DNA of 50,465 nucleotides from an uncultured Nitrospinaceae bacterium (GCA_964412825.1 CAYPQH010000001.1:1-50465); one strand, 5' to 3'; counted from the stretch's first letter, positions 16,107 to 25,322 are shown. A program made the numbers and translations. Notes: generated by a model not told the origin, from the sequence alone.

Positions 16107-17159
16107 CTATGTTTGCCATAAGTGCAGGCGCCCAAGTTCTTCTAAGGCCCCGTAAAATTCAATAGAGCGGTATTTTCCAAAAGTGACGGCTTTTTGGAAC
16201 ATATCAATGGCTTCGGAAATTTTGCCCTGAAGCAGATAATATTGGCCTAAATGAAAATATGCGTAGCATTTTTTAGAGGTTTCTATGTATTCGTTGTTAT
16301 CAACGGTTTTGTTGATAATTTCCGTAGGTGAGATTTTATTATGATATAAAGACACGAAAATTCCCGGCCATTCTTGAAGATTGAATTGTTTTGACATTTC
16401 TTTTAAAGCGGCATTGCCATTTTTCCCCTGACGCTCTAGTGCCAGGAAATGCCATAAAGTTGCATAAACAGATAACGTGGGCCCGTTAAAATTTTGGATG
16501 GCATTTTCAAAATCGTTTGAAGCATCCACATAATGTTCCGAATAAAAGTTAGCGAATCCTCGGTGTAAGTAAACTGAATAACCAAATGGTTTTCGTGCAA
16601 TTGCGGAATCATAATCTTTGAGAGCCAAGTCATATTGTTTTGTTTTCCAGTAAAATGTTCCACGCTTTGTGTAGGCTTCAACGAAATTTTCATCGAGGGC
16701 TAAGGCCTTGTTATATTCAGCTAACGCTTGTTCGTTTTGACCCAATTTTTCAAAAAGAAAACCGCGACCAACGTAGGCCTTCGAGAATTCGGGATTTAAG
16801 TTTATTGCTTCCTTAAAATTGAAAAAGGCTTGATCGTATTCTTGCTTTTGTTCAAAAGCCAAGGCGCGATTATAGTGAGCTTCAGAAAAATCTGGTTTTA
16901 AAGAAATGGTTTTGCTGTAATCGGCGATGGCTAGGTCAAATTGACGATTATTAAAATAGGAAATGCCACGGGCATTATAAATTAAATAATATAGAGGTTC
17001 GGATAGGTTATTTTCTTCTACTAATGCTTCGCTATAATATTGAATTGCTTTTTCATAATTTCCCTGTTTATGAAAATAAGTGCCCTTGGATAGATTTCCT
17101 GCACAAGCACCCGATAAAGAAAAGATAACTATTAGTAATACTTTTTTTGTAAATTCCAT
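16107..17159 (-). CDS. TPR-repeat lipoprotein
   Basis: A signal peptide with lipobox (IFSLSG|C) is present. Multiple TPR units follow (A..Y..AL..P.F.EAYYNRG-type repeats). The gene is visibly AT-richer than its neighbours. Confidence 0.75.
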   Translation of the reverse strand: MEFTKKVLLIVIFSLSGACAGNLSKGTYFHKQGNYEKAIQYYSEALVEENNLSEPLYYLIYNARGISYFNNRQFDLAIADYSKTISLKPDFSEAHYNRALAFEQKQEYDQAFFNFKEAINLNPEFSKAYVGRGFLFEKLGQNEQALAEYNKALALDENFVEAYTKRGTFYWKTKQYDLALKDYDSAIARKPFGYSVYLHRGFANFYSEHYVDASNDFENAIQNFNGPTLSVYATLWHFLALERQGKNGNAALKEMSKQFNLQEWPGIFVSLYHNKISPTEIINKTVDNNEYIETSKKCYAYFHLGQYYLLQGKISEAIDMFQKAVTFGKYRSIEFYGALEELGRLHLWQT

Positions 17160-17243
17160 GATTAAAAATTTCTACACAAAAGGATCAAATAGTGAACAAT
17201 CTCAGGGTTGCGGAATTTTCCCTTCACTCACACCAATTCTTTA

Positions 17244-19073
17244 TCACTCCTCACCAAGCATTCTCCCCCATTTTTCCTCAACCTGATCTTTGATCGGTTG
17301 GGACATGACGATTTCGTCGGGCCAGTCCTGCTCGTAACCTTCTTCGGGCAATTTGCGGGTCACGTCGATCCCTAAGTGTCCTTCCTCAAAATAGAAATCC
17401 CGTTTGGGGTCAAGGTTGTTGAAAAATTTCCACATGATAGCAGAGGTATTGCTCAAATCGACATGCGCCTCCAGAACGATGAGGATGGATATATTGGAAT
17501 ACCCTGGATATTCGAAAAATGAGGTGATGAACTTACTCGCCTGATGAGGGCGGGTCTTATCGAACGCGACAAACATCACGGTATGCCGGGTATCGCTATC
17601 CAGTATCCGGCAGTCCTTCACCTCTTTATAATGATCGACCACGGCTTTTGGGTTGGGAAGGGTCGAAGGTGGGCGACCGGGAGATAAAATTTCGCCGAAC
17701 CCAGGTTCCCCTTCGATTTTGGTGGTGACGTCGATTCCCAGCTTGGAACCATACAGGGCCTGGTCGGAGCCGTGATTCAAAACGTCGAGAATGCCTTCGG
17801 AAAAAAACAGGTCGCGTTTTAAATCGACGTGATTCAGCAGGACCTTCAAGACGGCTTTGGTGTCGTGAACATCGACACTTGCGTCCACCACTAAGATGGT
17901 TTTGACAAAGCTCATTTGCCCAAGTCCCCACAAGGCGCTCATCATGCGCCGGGCCTGCATGGGATAGCGTTTGTCGATGGAGATGATCACCGAGTTGTGA
18001 AACACGCCTTCAAGCGGCATGTCCATGTCGACGATTTCCGGCAACTGAGTGCGCATGAGCGGTAAAAAAATCCGCTCTGTTGCTTTGCCGAGATAATAAT
18101 CTTCCTGCGGTGGTATGCCGACGATGGTGGTCAGGTAGACGGGATTTTTGCGATGCGTTATAGCCGTGACATGAAACACCGGATAATCGCCGTCCTGAGA
18201 ATAATATCCGGTGTGGTCGCCGAACGGACCCTCGAGACGCATTTCCGCTGGGTCGATATAACCTTCCAACACGATTTCCGCTGTGGCCGGGACTTCCAGA
18301 TCCACCGTTTTACATTTCACCAATGGAACCGCTGACTTCCTGATAAACCCGGCCAGCAAAAACTCGTCGATGCCGTAGGGTAGGGGGGCGGAGGCGGAAT
18401 AGCAGACGACAGGGTCCGCGCCGATGGCCACGGCCACTTCCATTCTTTTATTCTGACGGCGGAATTCGTGAAAAAAATGCGCCCCGTCTTTGTGGATGTG
18501 CCAGTGCATGCCGGTGGTGTTTTTATCATAGACCTGCATGCGGTACAGCCCGACGTTCCTCAATTTGTCGTCGGCACTCCGGTTGACCACGATGGGAAAG
18601 GTGATGAACCGGCCCGCGTCATTGGGCCAGCACTGGAGAACGGGAATGGTTCCCAGGTCCACGGCGTCGCCAGTGTGCACGACCTCCTGACAGGGAGCTT
18701 TGCCTCCGGCGAACTTTTTCGGCGGGAAATTGGCCGCGTTCAATAACAGCGGAAGCAGTTTGACTTTGTCGATGAGGGTTACAGGTGGAGTGACTTTCAG
18801 ATAGCGGTCGATTTCTTTTGGAATGTCTTCGATGTCATCGACGCCGAGCGCCATGTTCATCCGGCGGGTGCTTCCGAAGGCGTTGATCAAAACCGGCATT
18901 TGACTGCCTTCGACATTTTCAAACAACAAGGCTTTGCCGCCGCCCGGAGATTTGGACACGCGGTCGGTGATCTCGGAAATTTCCAGGATCGGGGAAACCG
19001 GTTCGCTGATTCTAATCAACTCGTTTTCCCGCTCAAGCTGTTCGATGAATTCTGTGAGGGAGTGAAAGGCCAT
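17244..19073 (-). CDS. UbiD-family (prenylated-FMN dependent) decarboxylase, long ~600-aa form
   Basis: The N-terminus EFIEQLERENELIRISEPVSP...ALLFENVEGS and the core are UbiD-like. The extra ~150-aa C-terminal region resembles the long UbiD homologues associated with futalosine-type menaquinone synthesis. This pathway assignment is inferred, not shown. Confidence 0.8.
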   Translation of the reverse strand: MAFHSLTEFIEQLERENELIRISEPVSPILEISEITDRVSKSPGGGKALLFENVEGSQMPVLINAFGSTRRMNMALGVDDIEDIPKEIDRYLKVTPPVTLIDKVKLLPLLLNAANFPPKKFAGGKAPCQEVVHTGDAVDLGTIPVLQCWPNDAGRFITFPIVVNRSADDKLRNVGLYRMQVYDKNTTGMHWHIHKDGAHFFHEFRRQNKRMEVAVAIGADPVVCYSASAPLPYGIDEFLLAGFIRKSAVPLVKCKTVDLEVPATAEIVLEGYIDPAEMRLEGPFGDHTGYYSQDGDYPVFHVTAITHRKNPVYLTTIVGIPPQEDYYLGKATERIFLPLMRTQLPEIVDMDMPLEGVFHNSVIISIDKRYPMQARRMMSALWGLGQMSFVKTILVVDASVDVHDTKAVLKVLLNHVDLKRDLFFSEGILDVLNHGSDQALYGSKLGIDVTTKIEGEPGFGEILSPGRPPSTLPNPKAVVDHYKEVKDCRILDSDTRHTVMFVAFDKTRPHQASKFITSFFEYPGYSNISILIVLEAHVDLSNTSAIMWKFFNNLDPKRDFYFEEGHLGIDVTRKLPEEGYEQDWPDEIVMSQPIKDQVEEKWGRMLGEE

Positions 19074-19249
19074 GAAACTTTATTTGCGTGTCCTTTAGGA
19101 CCGGATATTGAAGTGTTGAGGGTTGTTAGAAATAAGTAGTTTTACTTTAACCAATAGACTTTTGGTAAGCAACGCATTTTCATTGTGCAGCAAAATCTAT
19201 TCAAGAAGGGCTTGTTTATAGCTAAAATTCAATGTGGTAGGATGGCAAA

Positions 19250-20170
19250 ATGTTTTTCTATTTTTGCAAAAGATTATTGTATGGCATTCCCGTATTGGTC
19301 ACGGTGGCCACGCTGACCTTTGGCATCATGCACATGGTTCCCGGCGGTCCGTTCGACACGGAAAAAAAACTTCCGCCTGAAATCATCGCCAATATCGAAG
19401 CCAAATATCACCTGGACGAACCTCTGGTCACGCAATACTTTCTTTACATGAAGCAGGTTTTGCAGGGGGATCTGGGGCCGTCTTATAAATACATTGGCCG
19501 CGATGTGTCCGACATCATCGCCGAAACCTTCCCCGTGTCCCTCACGCTGGGGTTGTGCGCGGTGGTGGTCATTCTCGGGCTCGGTATTCCGGGCGGTATT
19601 ATCGCCGCTTATTGGCGAAATTCTGCGATCGACCGATCCTGTATATTGTTGGCGACGCTCGGCATCTCAGTTCCCAGTTTTGTTTTGGGAACGGTTTTGG
19701 TCTGGGTTTTTTCACACAAATTGCATTGGTTGCCGCCGGCGTTATGGGAAGGGCCGCGCCATGTGCTGATGCCCGCATTTGCTCTGGGGGCCGGGTTTGC
19801 CGGGTACATCGCCCGCCTGACCCGGACCACGGTTCTCGACGTTCTGGCGTCGGATTATATTCGCACAGCGAGAGCAAAAGGCTTGTCCGAGCCTGTGGTC
19901 TTGCTGAAACACGCGTTGAAAAATTCTATTTATCCCGTTGTTTCGGTGATGGGGCCGCTGGTTGCCGGGCTGGTGACGGGATCGTTTGTGATCGAATTTA
20001 TATTTTCGATTCCCGGCATGGGCAGTTTTTTCATCACCGCTGTGACCAACCGCGATTACCCGCTTATTATGGGAGTCACGCTGGTTTACGCGATTTTGAT
20101 TGTGTTGGCCAACATTTTAGTCGATATGATGTATGCGTGGCTTGACCCTAGAGTTTCTCTGGGGAATTAG
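19250..20170 (+). CDS. ABC transporter permease, OppB/DppB family
   Basis: It has six TM segments, N-terminal MVPGGPF and the EAA-like loop YIRTARAKGLSEP. Confidence 0.85.
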   Translation: MFFYFCKRLLYGIPVLVTVATLTFGIMHMVPGGPFDTEKKLPPEIIANIEAKYHLDEPLVTQYFLYMKQVLQGDLGPSYKYIGRDVSDIIAETFPVSLTLGLCAVVVILGLGIPGGIIAAYWRNSAIDRSCILLATLGISVPSFVLGTVLVWVFSHKLHWLPPALWEGPRHVLMPAFALGAGFAGYIARLTRTTVLDVLASDYIRTARAKGLSEPVVLLKHALKNSIYPVVSVMGPLVAGLVTGSFVIEFIFSIPGMGSFFITAVTNRDYPLIMGVTLVYAILIVLANILVDMMYAWLDPRVSLGN

Positions 20171-20211
20171 GTTTCATTCTGGATGGACTTTTAAATTTTT
20201 TTGGAGGTCTC

Positions 20212-21534
20212 ATGAAAAATAAAAAAGAACGTGGGCTTCACGAGCTGTACGAAAGCGATCCTGAAAAAGCGGACGCCGAAATCGGGCAAAAAGATAACGA
20301 ATTATTTTCACCTTCCCGTCGCGGATTCATGAAAAAAGGCGGTCTGGCGACCCTTGCAGTTTTGTTGGGGGCGCACATCCCCTTTTTTAGAAACATTCCG
20401 ATGGGTTTTATTCCCGAAGCGTTGGCACAATCCAAAAAGGATTTTGTGATTAAAGGAAAGGACGGGCTTCACGTCTTCAACGACCGTCCACTCAATGCGG
20501 AAACGCCCCCGCATCTTCTGGATGACGACATCACCCCGTCCAATAGGCATTTTGTCCGCAATAATGGGCGCGTTCCCGGCTCGGCTCGCAGTGGCAAAGC
20601 TTCCGATTGGACTCTGACCGTGGACGGTGAGGTGCATAACAAGAAAGTTTTGACTCTGGACCAATTACAGCGGTTCAAACATTACACGTATGCCCTGCAA
20701 ATCGAATGCGGCGGCAATGGACGGGCAGGGTACAATCCACCTGCCAAGGGAAATCAGTGGACCTTTGGCGCCATCGGTTGCTCCACCTATACGGGAGTCA
20801 GAATGAAGGATGTGCTCAGCGAAGTGGGCCTTAAGGATTCCGCTGTCTATACGGGATATTACGGGAGGGATATCCATTTGAGCGGTCAACCGGACAAAGT
20901 CGTCATTTCACGAGGAACCCCCATGGACAAAGCGATGGATGACCACACTCTCATTGTCTGGGAAATGAACGGCAAACCGCTTCCGGCCCTGCATGGATTT
21001 CCGGTCCGGGTGATTTCACCCGGTTGGCCGGCTTCCACATCGATCAAATGGTTGCGGCGAATCTCGATTCGTAACAAGGTGCACGATGGACCCAAAATGA
21101 TGGGGTATTCCTACCGGGTTCCAAAATACAATGTCCCACCGGGAACCCATGTTGCCGAAAAAGATATGAAGATCATCGAGTCGATGCCGGTAAAATCGCT
21201 GATCACTCGCCCCAAAACCAGATCCCATATTCCATTGGGACAACCGCTGACGGTAGGGGGCCATGCCTGGGCGGGCGATCGGAAAGTCAAGCTCCTGCAT
21301 GTTTCTTATGATTTCGGGGCCACATGGGTGGCGGCTGTGTTGAAGAACCCCGTGAACCCCTATGCCTGGCAGAACTGGGAAGTGAGTCTGAAGCTTCCCC
21401 AAAAGGGCTATTATGAAATTTGGGCGCGGGCGACGGATGACAGTGGGGTGATGCAACCGATGGTGGTCCCCGGCTGGAACCCAAAAGGCTATCTCAATAA
21501 TGCCATGCACCGGATTGCGGTGACCGTGACTTGA
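20212..21534 (+). CDS. sorA: Tat-exported molybdopterin oxidoreductase of the sulfite oxidase family (SorA-like)
   Basis: A near-consensus twin-arginine motif SRRGFMKKGG is present. The Mo-ligand Cys region reads IECGGNGR. The size (440 aa) and the C-terminal dimerisation-domain-like region fit the family. Confidence 0.8.
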   Translation: MKNKKERGLHELYESDPEKADAEIGQKDNELFSPSRRGFMKKGGLATLAVLLGAHIPFFRNIPMGFIPEALAQSKKDFVIKGKDGLHVFNDRPLNAETPPHLLDDDITPSNRHFVRNNGRVPGSARSGKASDWTLTVDGEVHNKKVLTLDQLQRFKHYTYALQIECGGNGRAGYNPPAKGNQWTFGAIGCSTYTGVRMKDVLSEVGLKDSAVYTGYYGRDIHLSGQPDKVVISRGTPMDKAMDDHTLIVWEMNGKPLPALHGFPVRVISPGWPASTSIKWLRRISIRNKVHDGPKMMGYSYRVPKYNVPPGTHVAEKDMKIIESMPVKSLITRPKTRSHIPLGQPLTVGGHAWAGDRKVKLLHVSYDFGATWVAAVLKNPVNPYAWQNWEVSLKLPQKGYYEIWARATDDSGVMQPMVVPGWNPKGYLNNAMHRIAVTVT

Positions 21535-21590
21535 TGCAATTCTTGAATACTATCCGTCATGAAATAAAAAACAATGGAGGATTGAAAAGA

Positions 21591-21959
21591 ATGAACAGAG
21601 TCCTATCAAGAGGCGCAGGCGTTTTTTTTATCATTCTCATTACTTTGTTTTTCCCCGGAGTCGCCATTTCGGACGAGGCGGGTTTCCTGAAAGGTCTGCC
21701 TCCGGGAACCGGACAGAAACTGGTGGCCAGGACTTGCACGATCTGCCATTCATCGGCCATTATTTTGCAGAATCACATGACCAAAAAAAAATGGGACGAA
21801 ACCATCACCTGGATGCAGAAAAAACAGGGGATGGGGAAATTGTCCCGGCAGGACCGCAACAAGATCCTGAGTTATCTGGCAAAATTTCAGGGTGTGAAAG
21901 GCAAAGCCACGAGCGCACAAAAGATTTATGACTACGATTACCCGCCGAACCCTTTGTGA
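21591..21959 (+). CDS. sorB: Monohaem cytochrome c (SorB-like electron acceptor)
   Basis: A single CxxCH motif (CTICH) is present. The signal peptide MNRVLSRGAGVFFIILITLFFPGVAIS is preceded by a GGAGG RBS. The track ORF starts earlier (21531, TTG-ATG overlapping the sorA stop), so the start is uncertain. Confidence 0.75.
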   Translation: MNRVLSRGAGVFFIILITLFFPGVAISDEAGFLKGLPPGTGQKLVARTCTICHSSAIILQNHMTKKKWDETITWMQKKQGMGKLSRQDRNKILSYLAKFQGVKGKATSAQKIYDYDYPPNPL

Positions 21960-21986
21960 ACGAAGTTCCCAAGATTTGATCATCGC

Positions 21987-22793
21987 ATGAAACAATTTCC
22001 CTTATCCTCCAGACTCAGCGCATTGTTTCTTTTGGGGATAGCTCTGGTCGCAGTTTTTGCTCCCTGGGTAGCGCCGTATTCGTATGAGACACAAGACACA
22101 CTGAACACCCTGGCATCGCCCAATTCGGCTAACTTGATGGGGACGGATCGCCTGGGCCGCGATTTGTTCTCGCGCATGATTTATGGTGCCCGCGTGTCAT
22201 TATTTATCGGGGTGGTGACCACTCTTTTAGCGATTCTCATCGGGACCGTCTATGGCGCGGTATCGGGGTATGCCGGGAAAAGAACGGACAACGTGATGAT
22301 GCGCATCGTCGATGTGGTTTTTGCACTCCCCGATTTGCTCATGATCATTCTGATCACGGTGTTGATGGGACGTGGAGTGATGGGGATATTCATCGCCCTG
22401 ACGCTGGTGAGCTGGGTCACGGTCGCCCGGCTAGTGCGGGGGGAGGTCTTGAGGATCAAGGGATTGACTTATATAGAAGCCGCCCGCGCTCTTGGGGCCA
22501 GTCATACGCGGATCTTTGTACGGGAAATTTTTCCGAATATTATGGGCTTATTGATTGTTACCTTGAGCTTTCGCATCCCGGTGGCCATCCTCGCGGAATC
22601 GACCCTCAGCTTTATCGGACTTGGGATTTCGCCCCCTTTCAGCAGTTGGGGGACTCTCGCCAACGACGGCTGGACGGCGGTGAAATTTTATCCGCACCTG
22701 ATTCTTTTTCCTTCATTGGCCATATTTTTTACTATTCTGGCCTTCAATTTTCTTGGGGAAGGTCTTAGAGACGCTCTGGACCCAAGGACCTGA
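21987..22793 (+). CDS. ABC transporter permease, OppC/DppC family
   Basis: It has an N-terminal TM helix, LMGTDRLGRD and the EAA-like loop YIEAARALGAS. Confidence 0.85.
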   Translation: MKQFPLSSRLSALFLLGIALVAVFAPWVAPYSYETQDTLNTLASPNSANLMGTDRLGRDLFSRMIYGARVSLFIGVVTTLLAILIGTVYGAVSGYAGKRTDNVMMRIVDVVFALPDLLMIILITVLMGRGVMGIFIALTLVSWVTVARLVRGEVLRIKGLTYIEAARALGASHTRIFVREIFPNIMGLLIVTLSFRIPVAILAESTLSFIGLGISPPFSSWGTLANDGWTAVKFYPHLILFPSLAIFFTILAFNFLGEGLRDALDPRT

Positions 22794-22805
22794 GTCAAAG
22801 AAATT

Positions 22806-22832
22806 GGCCCAAGGGGCCCCCACTGGTTTTTT
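22806..22832 (+). terminator. Possible intrinsic terminator after the permease/sor operon
   Basis: A short GC stem (GGCCC-AAG-GGGCC, or the alternative CCA..GG/CC..TGG pairing) is followed by TTTTTT at 22827-22832. The stem is short or interrupted. Confidence 0.35.
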
Positions 22833-22939
22833 CACCATTATTTTCTTTTCAAAATTTTCTCGCTGATATAAAATAGAGGGTGTTATCTTAATCTAAATAG
22901 CTGTTTTATTTGCTTAAATGTTGTCGGAAAAATATCGGA

Positions 22940-22968
22940 TTGACAAGCCGGAAAAATAATAATAAATT
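22940..22968 (+). promoter_or_regulatory. Candidate sigma-70 promoter
   Basis: TTGACA (22940-22945), a 17 nt spacer, then TAAATT (22963-22968), about 55 nt upstream of the 23024 ATG. Confidence 0.35.
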
Positions 22969-23023
22969 GGCGTCTTTTTGATGCTGGATGGGCTTTGAAG
23001 CTCGTCAAGGAAAGTGAAGCTAA

Positions 23024-23314
23024 ATGAGTCGAATAAAAGATGACCTGATTTGTGAAATCATTCGTGTTTCCCAGACAAATCTTTTAGGAAGAAAACAATC
23101 TGGAGCGGATGGTTCTGGAGGAGAAGATGGCGTTATCGATTGGATAAAAAACAACGCGGCGAATTATAGAGAGAGTTTTATGGTCAGCCTGGATGCGTTT
23201 TCCGCCAGAGAACTGGGCGAGATATTGAGCCAGCTGACCGGGTCTGGAAAAGATTTGAATCAAGTTCTGGAAGGCTGTACATGGACTCCCGTACAAGCCA
23301 AACCTTTGCATTAA
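23024..23314 (+). CDS. Hypothetical 96-aa protein
   Basis: The ORF has an AAGGAAAG RBS. I recognise no motif. Confidence 0.5.
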   Translation: MSRIKDDLICEIIRVSQTNLLGRKQSGADGSGGEDGVIDWIKNNAANYRESFMVSLDAFSARELGEILSQLTGSGKDLNQVLEGCTWTPVQAKPLH

Positions 23315-23340
23315 ATACGTCTGAACGGGTAAATTGATTT

Positions 23341-24093
23341 ATGGAAGATTCACAAGCCGCACCGGATAAAAAGGCAGAAGCCGCAAAGCCTGCCGAAAAA
23401 GCCCCCAAGCCCAAAGTGGCGGCAAAAAAAGAGAAGCCTGCCGCCGACCCCATGGTGGACAATGGCGATGGCACTGTCACCGACCCCAATTCCGGTTTGA
23501 TGTGGAAAAAGTCCGACGCCTGGCTTGATATGAAAAAGTTTTACACCTGGATGGCGCACAGGGAATATGTCGATAAGTTTAATAAAGAAAAGTTTGCTGG
23601 GCATGACAATTGGCGCATTCCCAACAAGGTCGAAGCGCTGACCATTTTTGACAAGACCAAAGAATGCATGGATAAAAACGGAACCTTGTTCCCGCTCGAT
23701 CCTATATTTGACGCCGGTGGTGCCAGCAACACCTGGATCATCGAATGCTCGGATGATAATATCATTCGCTTTGATGGTAAAATAGGCATTGACACCCCCT
23801 ATCCGACTCAGGAGGTCTGGTCTTCCATGCGACTTGTGCGCAAGGAAGGGGAAGCGGCGGCCGCACCTGCGGGAGAAGAACCGGTTGCAGTCGAGGCTGA
23901 ATCGGCTCCAGCTTCTGCGGATTCCAAAGAGGTCAAGGCAGAGGCCAAACCTGCGAAAGCCAAAGCCAGTTCCGGCAATAATGTTCCCGGGGCGACACCC
24001 CGATACAATAGATCCCCTGAAGAAAAAGACGCTCTGATCAAAAGAGCCCGTGCGCATGCGGCAGACGTGAGAGCCCGCAAGGCAAAAGGCTGA
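23341..24093 (+). CDS. DUF1566 (Lcl C-terminal-like) domain protein with Lys/Ala/Pro-rich N- and C-terminal tails and no signal peptide
   Basis: The core DNGDGTVTDPNSGLMWKK...WRIPNKVEAL matches the DUF1566 signature. It is flanked by KKAEAAKPAEKAPKPKVAAKKEKPA and KAEAKPAKAKA low-complexity regions. The equally long antisense ORF (23350..24099) has no recognisable features. Confidence 0.7.
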   Translation: MEDSQAAPDKKAEAAKPAEKAPKPKVAAKKEKPAADPMVDNGDGTVTDPNSGLMWKKSDAWLDMKKFYTWMAHREYVDKFNKEKFAGHDNWRIPNKVEALTIFDKTKECMDKNGTLFPLDPIFDAGGASNTWIIECSDDNIIRFDGKIGIDTPYPTQEVWSSMRLVRKEGEAAAAPAGEEPVAVEAESAPASADSKEVKAEAKPAKAKASSGNNVPGATPRYNRSPEEKDALIKRARAHAADVRARKAKG

Positions 24094-24182
24094 CCCCACT
24101 ACGTACAGAATTCAGTCAGCCATAAACCCCATATAGTCCGGCGCGAGTAATTTCCCCCTCGCGGGAGCGAGCGTCACGCTGG
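24094..24182. repeat. REP-like intergenic hairpin module copy
   Basis: It shares GACCCCACTA and the 24-nt core AAACCCCATA(TA)GTCCGGCGCG(A/T)GAG (24124-24147) with 43604-43627. It also contains CGCGAG...CTCGCG pairing. Confidence 0.6.
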
Positions 24183-25091
24183 TCATTCTTCCTCAATTTT
24201 GAATTTGACGATAAAATCCCCGCGTTTTTTGCCCCAGTTAATGCATGCGCCATGACCGGGAATCCGCAGTTCCTCTCCCGTCAGTGTTCCTTCTTCCACT
24301 TCTATAGTTTGTACGGAATCAAGCGTTTCAATTTCCAGGGGGCCGCCTTTCTCCGCGAGTTCTGGAGAGATAGAAATTTCAGCATAGAGATCATCTTTCA
24401 AACGCTTGAAGCGCGGGTGTTTTTCCGCAGTGATTCTTAAAAGCAAGTCACCGGGTGGGCCTCCGTTTCTGCCTTCTCCCCCAGCGTCTGGAATGCGTAA
24501 CGTGTATATGTTCCCGATGCCAGGCGGAATTTTAACGTCTATCGTCACGCCTTCGACCACCAACCGTTTGCCTTTGCAGACGGAGCATTCCTCGGAGTCC
24601 ACAAACCCTGTTCCCTCGCAATCCATGCATTTAACATATTTTTCGTAGCTGTAGGGAACGGTTCCCCCCAGGGCCACGGTGACGAGAGGAAGGTCAATCA
24701 TGAACTGCAAATCGAAACCCCTTGTTGGAAATTCGGGGTCATACTTTTGTTCTTCTTCGGGAGTGGTTTGGCGAAAATCGCTTTGCTGACCGGTTTTTTG
24801 TCGCCCACTGAAGTCAAAGTCATTCGACGGGTCGGACCAGGCGTTGGGTCCGCGGCCCTTTGGCCTTGTTTGCCGGCGATAGGTTTGATCGTATTCCAGG
24901 CGTTTTTTTTTGTCGCTGAGAACGTTGTAAGCGGCTGAAATGATCTTGAAATTGTTTTCAGCTTTCTTGCTTCCGTTGTTGACGTCGGGATGATGTTTTT
25001 TTGCCAATTCCCGATAGCGTTTTTTGATGTCCGCAAAGGTAGCGCTTTTTTCGACACCGAGAGTTTTATAGTAATTTTTTGTCGTGGCCAT
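24183..25091 (-). CDS. DnaJ-like co-chaperone (J domain, single zinc centre, C-terminal substrate-binding domains)
   Basis: The J domain reads NYYKTLGV...HHPDVN. Only two CxxCxG repeats are present (CMDCEGTG, CSVCKGKR). The start is set at MATTKN (25091); the track ORF extends to a TTG at 25130. Confidence 0.8.
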   Translation of the reverse strand: MATTKNYYKTLGVEKSATFADIKKRYRELAKKHHPDVNNGSKKAENNFKIISAAYNVLSDKKKRLEYDQTYRRQTRPKGRGPNAWSDPSNDFDFSGRQKTGQQSDFRQTTPEEEQKYDPEFPTRGFDLQFMIDLPLVTVALGGTVPYSYEKYVKCMDCEGTGFVDSEECSVCKGKRLVVEGVTIDVKIPPGIGNIYTLRIPDAGGEGRNGGPPGDLLLRITAEKHPRFKRLKDDLYAEISISPELAEKGGPLEIETLDSVQTIEVEEGTLTGEELRIPGHGACINWGKKRGDFIVKFKIEEE

Positions 25092-25322
25092 GTTTTGGCA
25101 GGAAAAACAGGATATGAAAAGAAAGATCAACCTTCAGTTAAACAACCATTTTATCCTTAAATGGGCGGATAGTACAAGAACCCAGTGGTTTTTGGGGGAG
25201 AGCTTATTTTTCTCTGAATTAAGTTGCTGAAATACTCAGATATATGTATATTTAATTGTATAATTTTTCATATTATCATCTTCGTTGTACCGAATGGTTG
25301 GAAAATTGAAAGGAGAGTTTTC

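Noticed and set aside
23341-24093. DUF1566 protein as a diversity-generating retroelement target
   Set aside because: DUF1566/C-type-lectin folds can be DGR targets. However, the window has no reverse transcriptase gene, and I saw no template-repeat copy of the gene's 3' end.
25092-25322. Heat-shock (sigma-32) promoter upstream of the DnaJ-like gene
   Set aside because: The minus strand has CTTGTA and CCCATTTA, but they are only 7 nt apart, far from the 13-15 nt sigma-32 spacing. A plain sigma-70-like TTGTAC-17-ATAAAA is as good an explanation, and it is weak.
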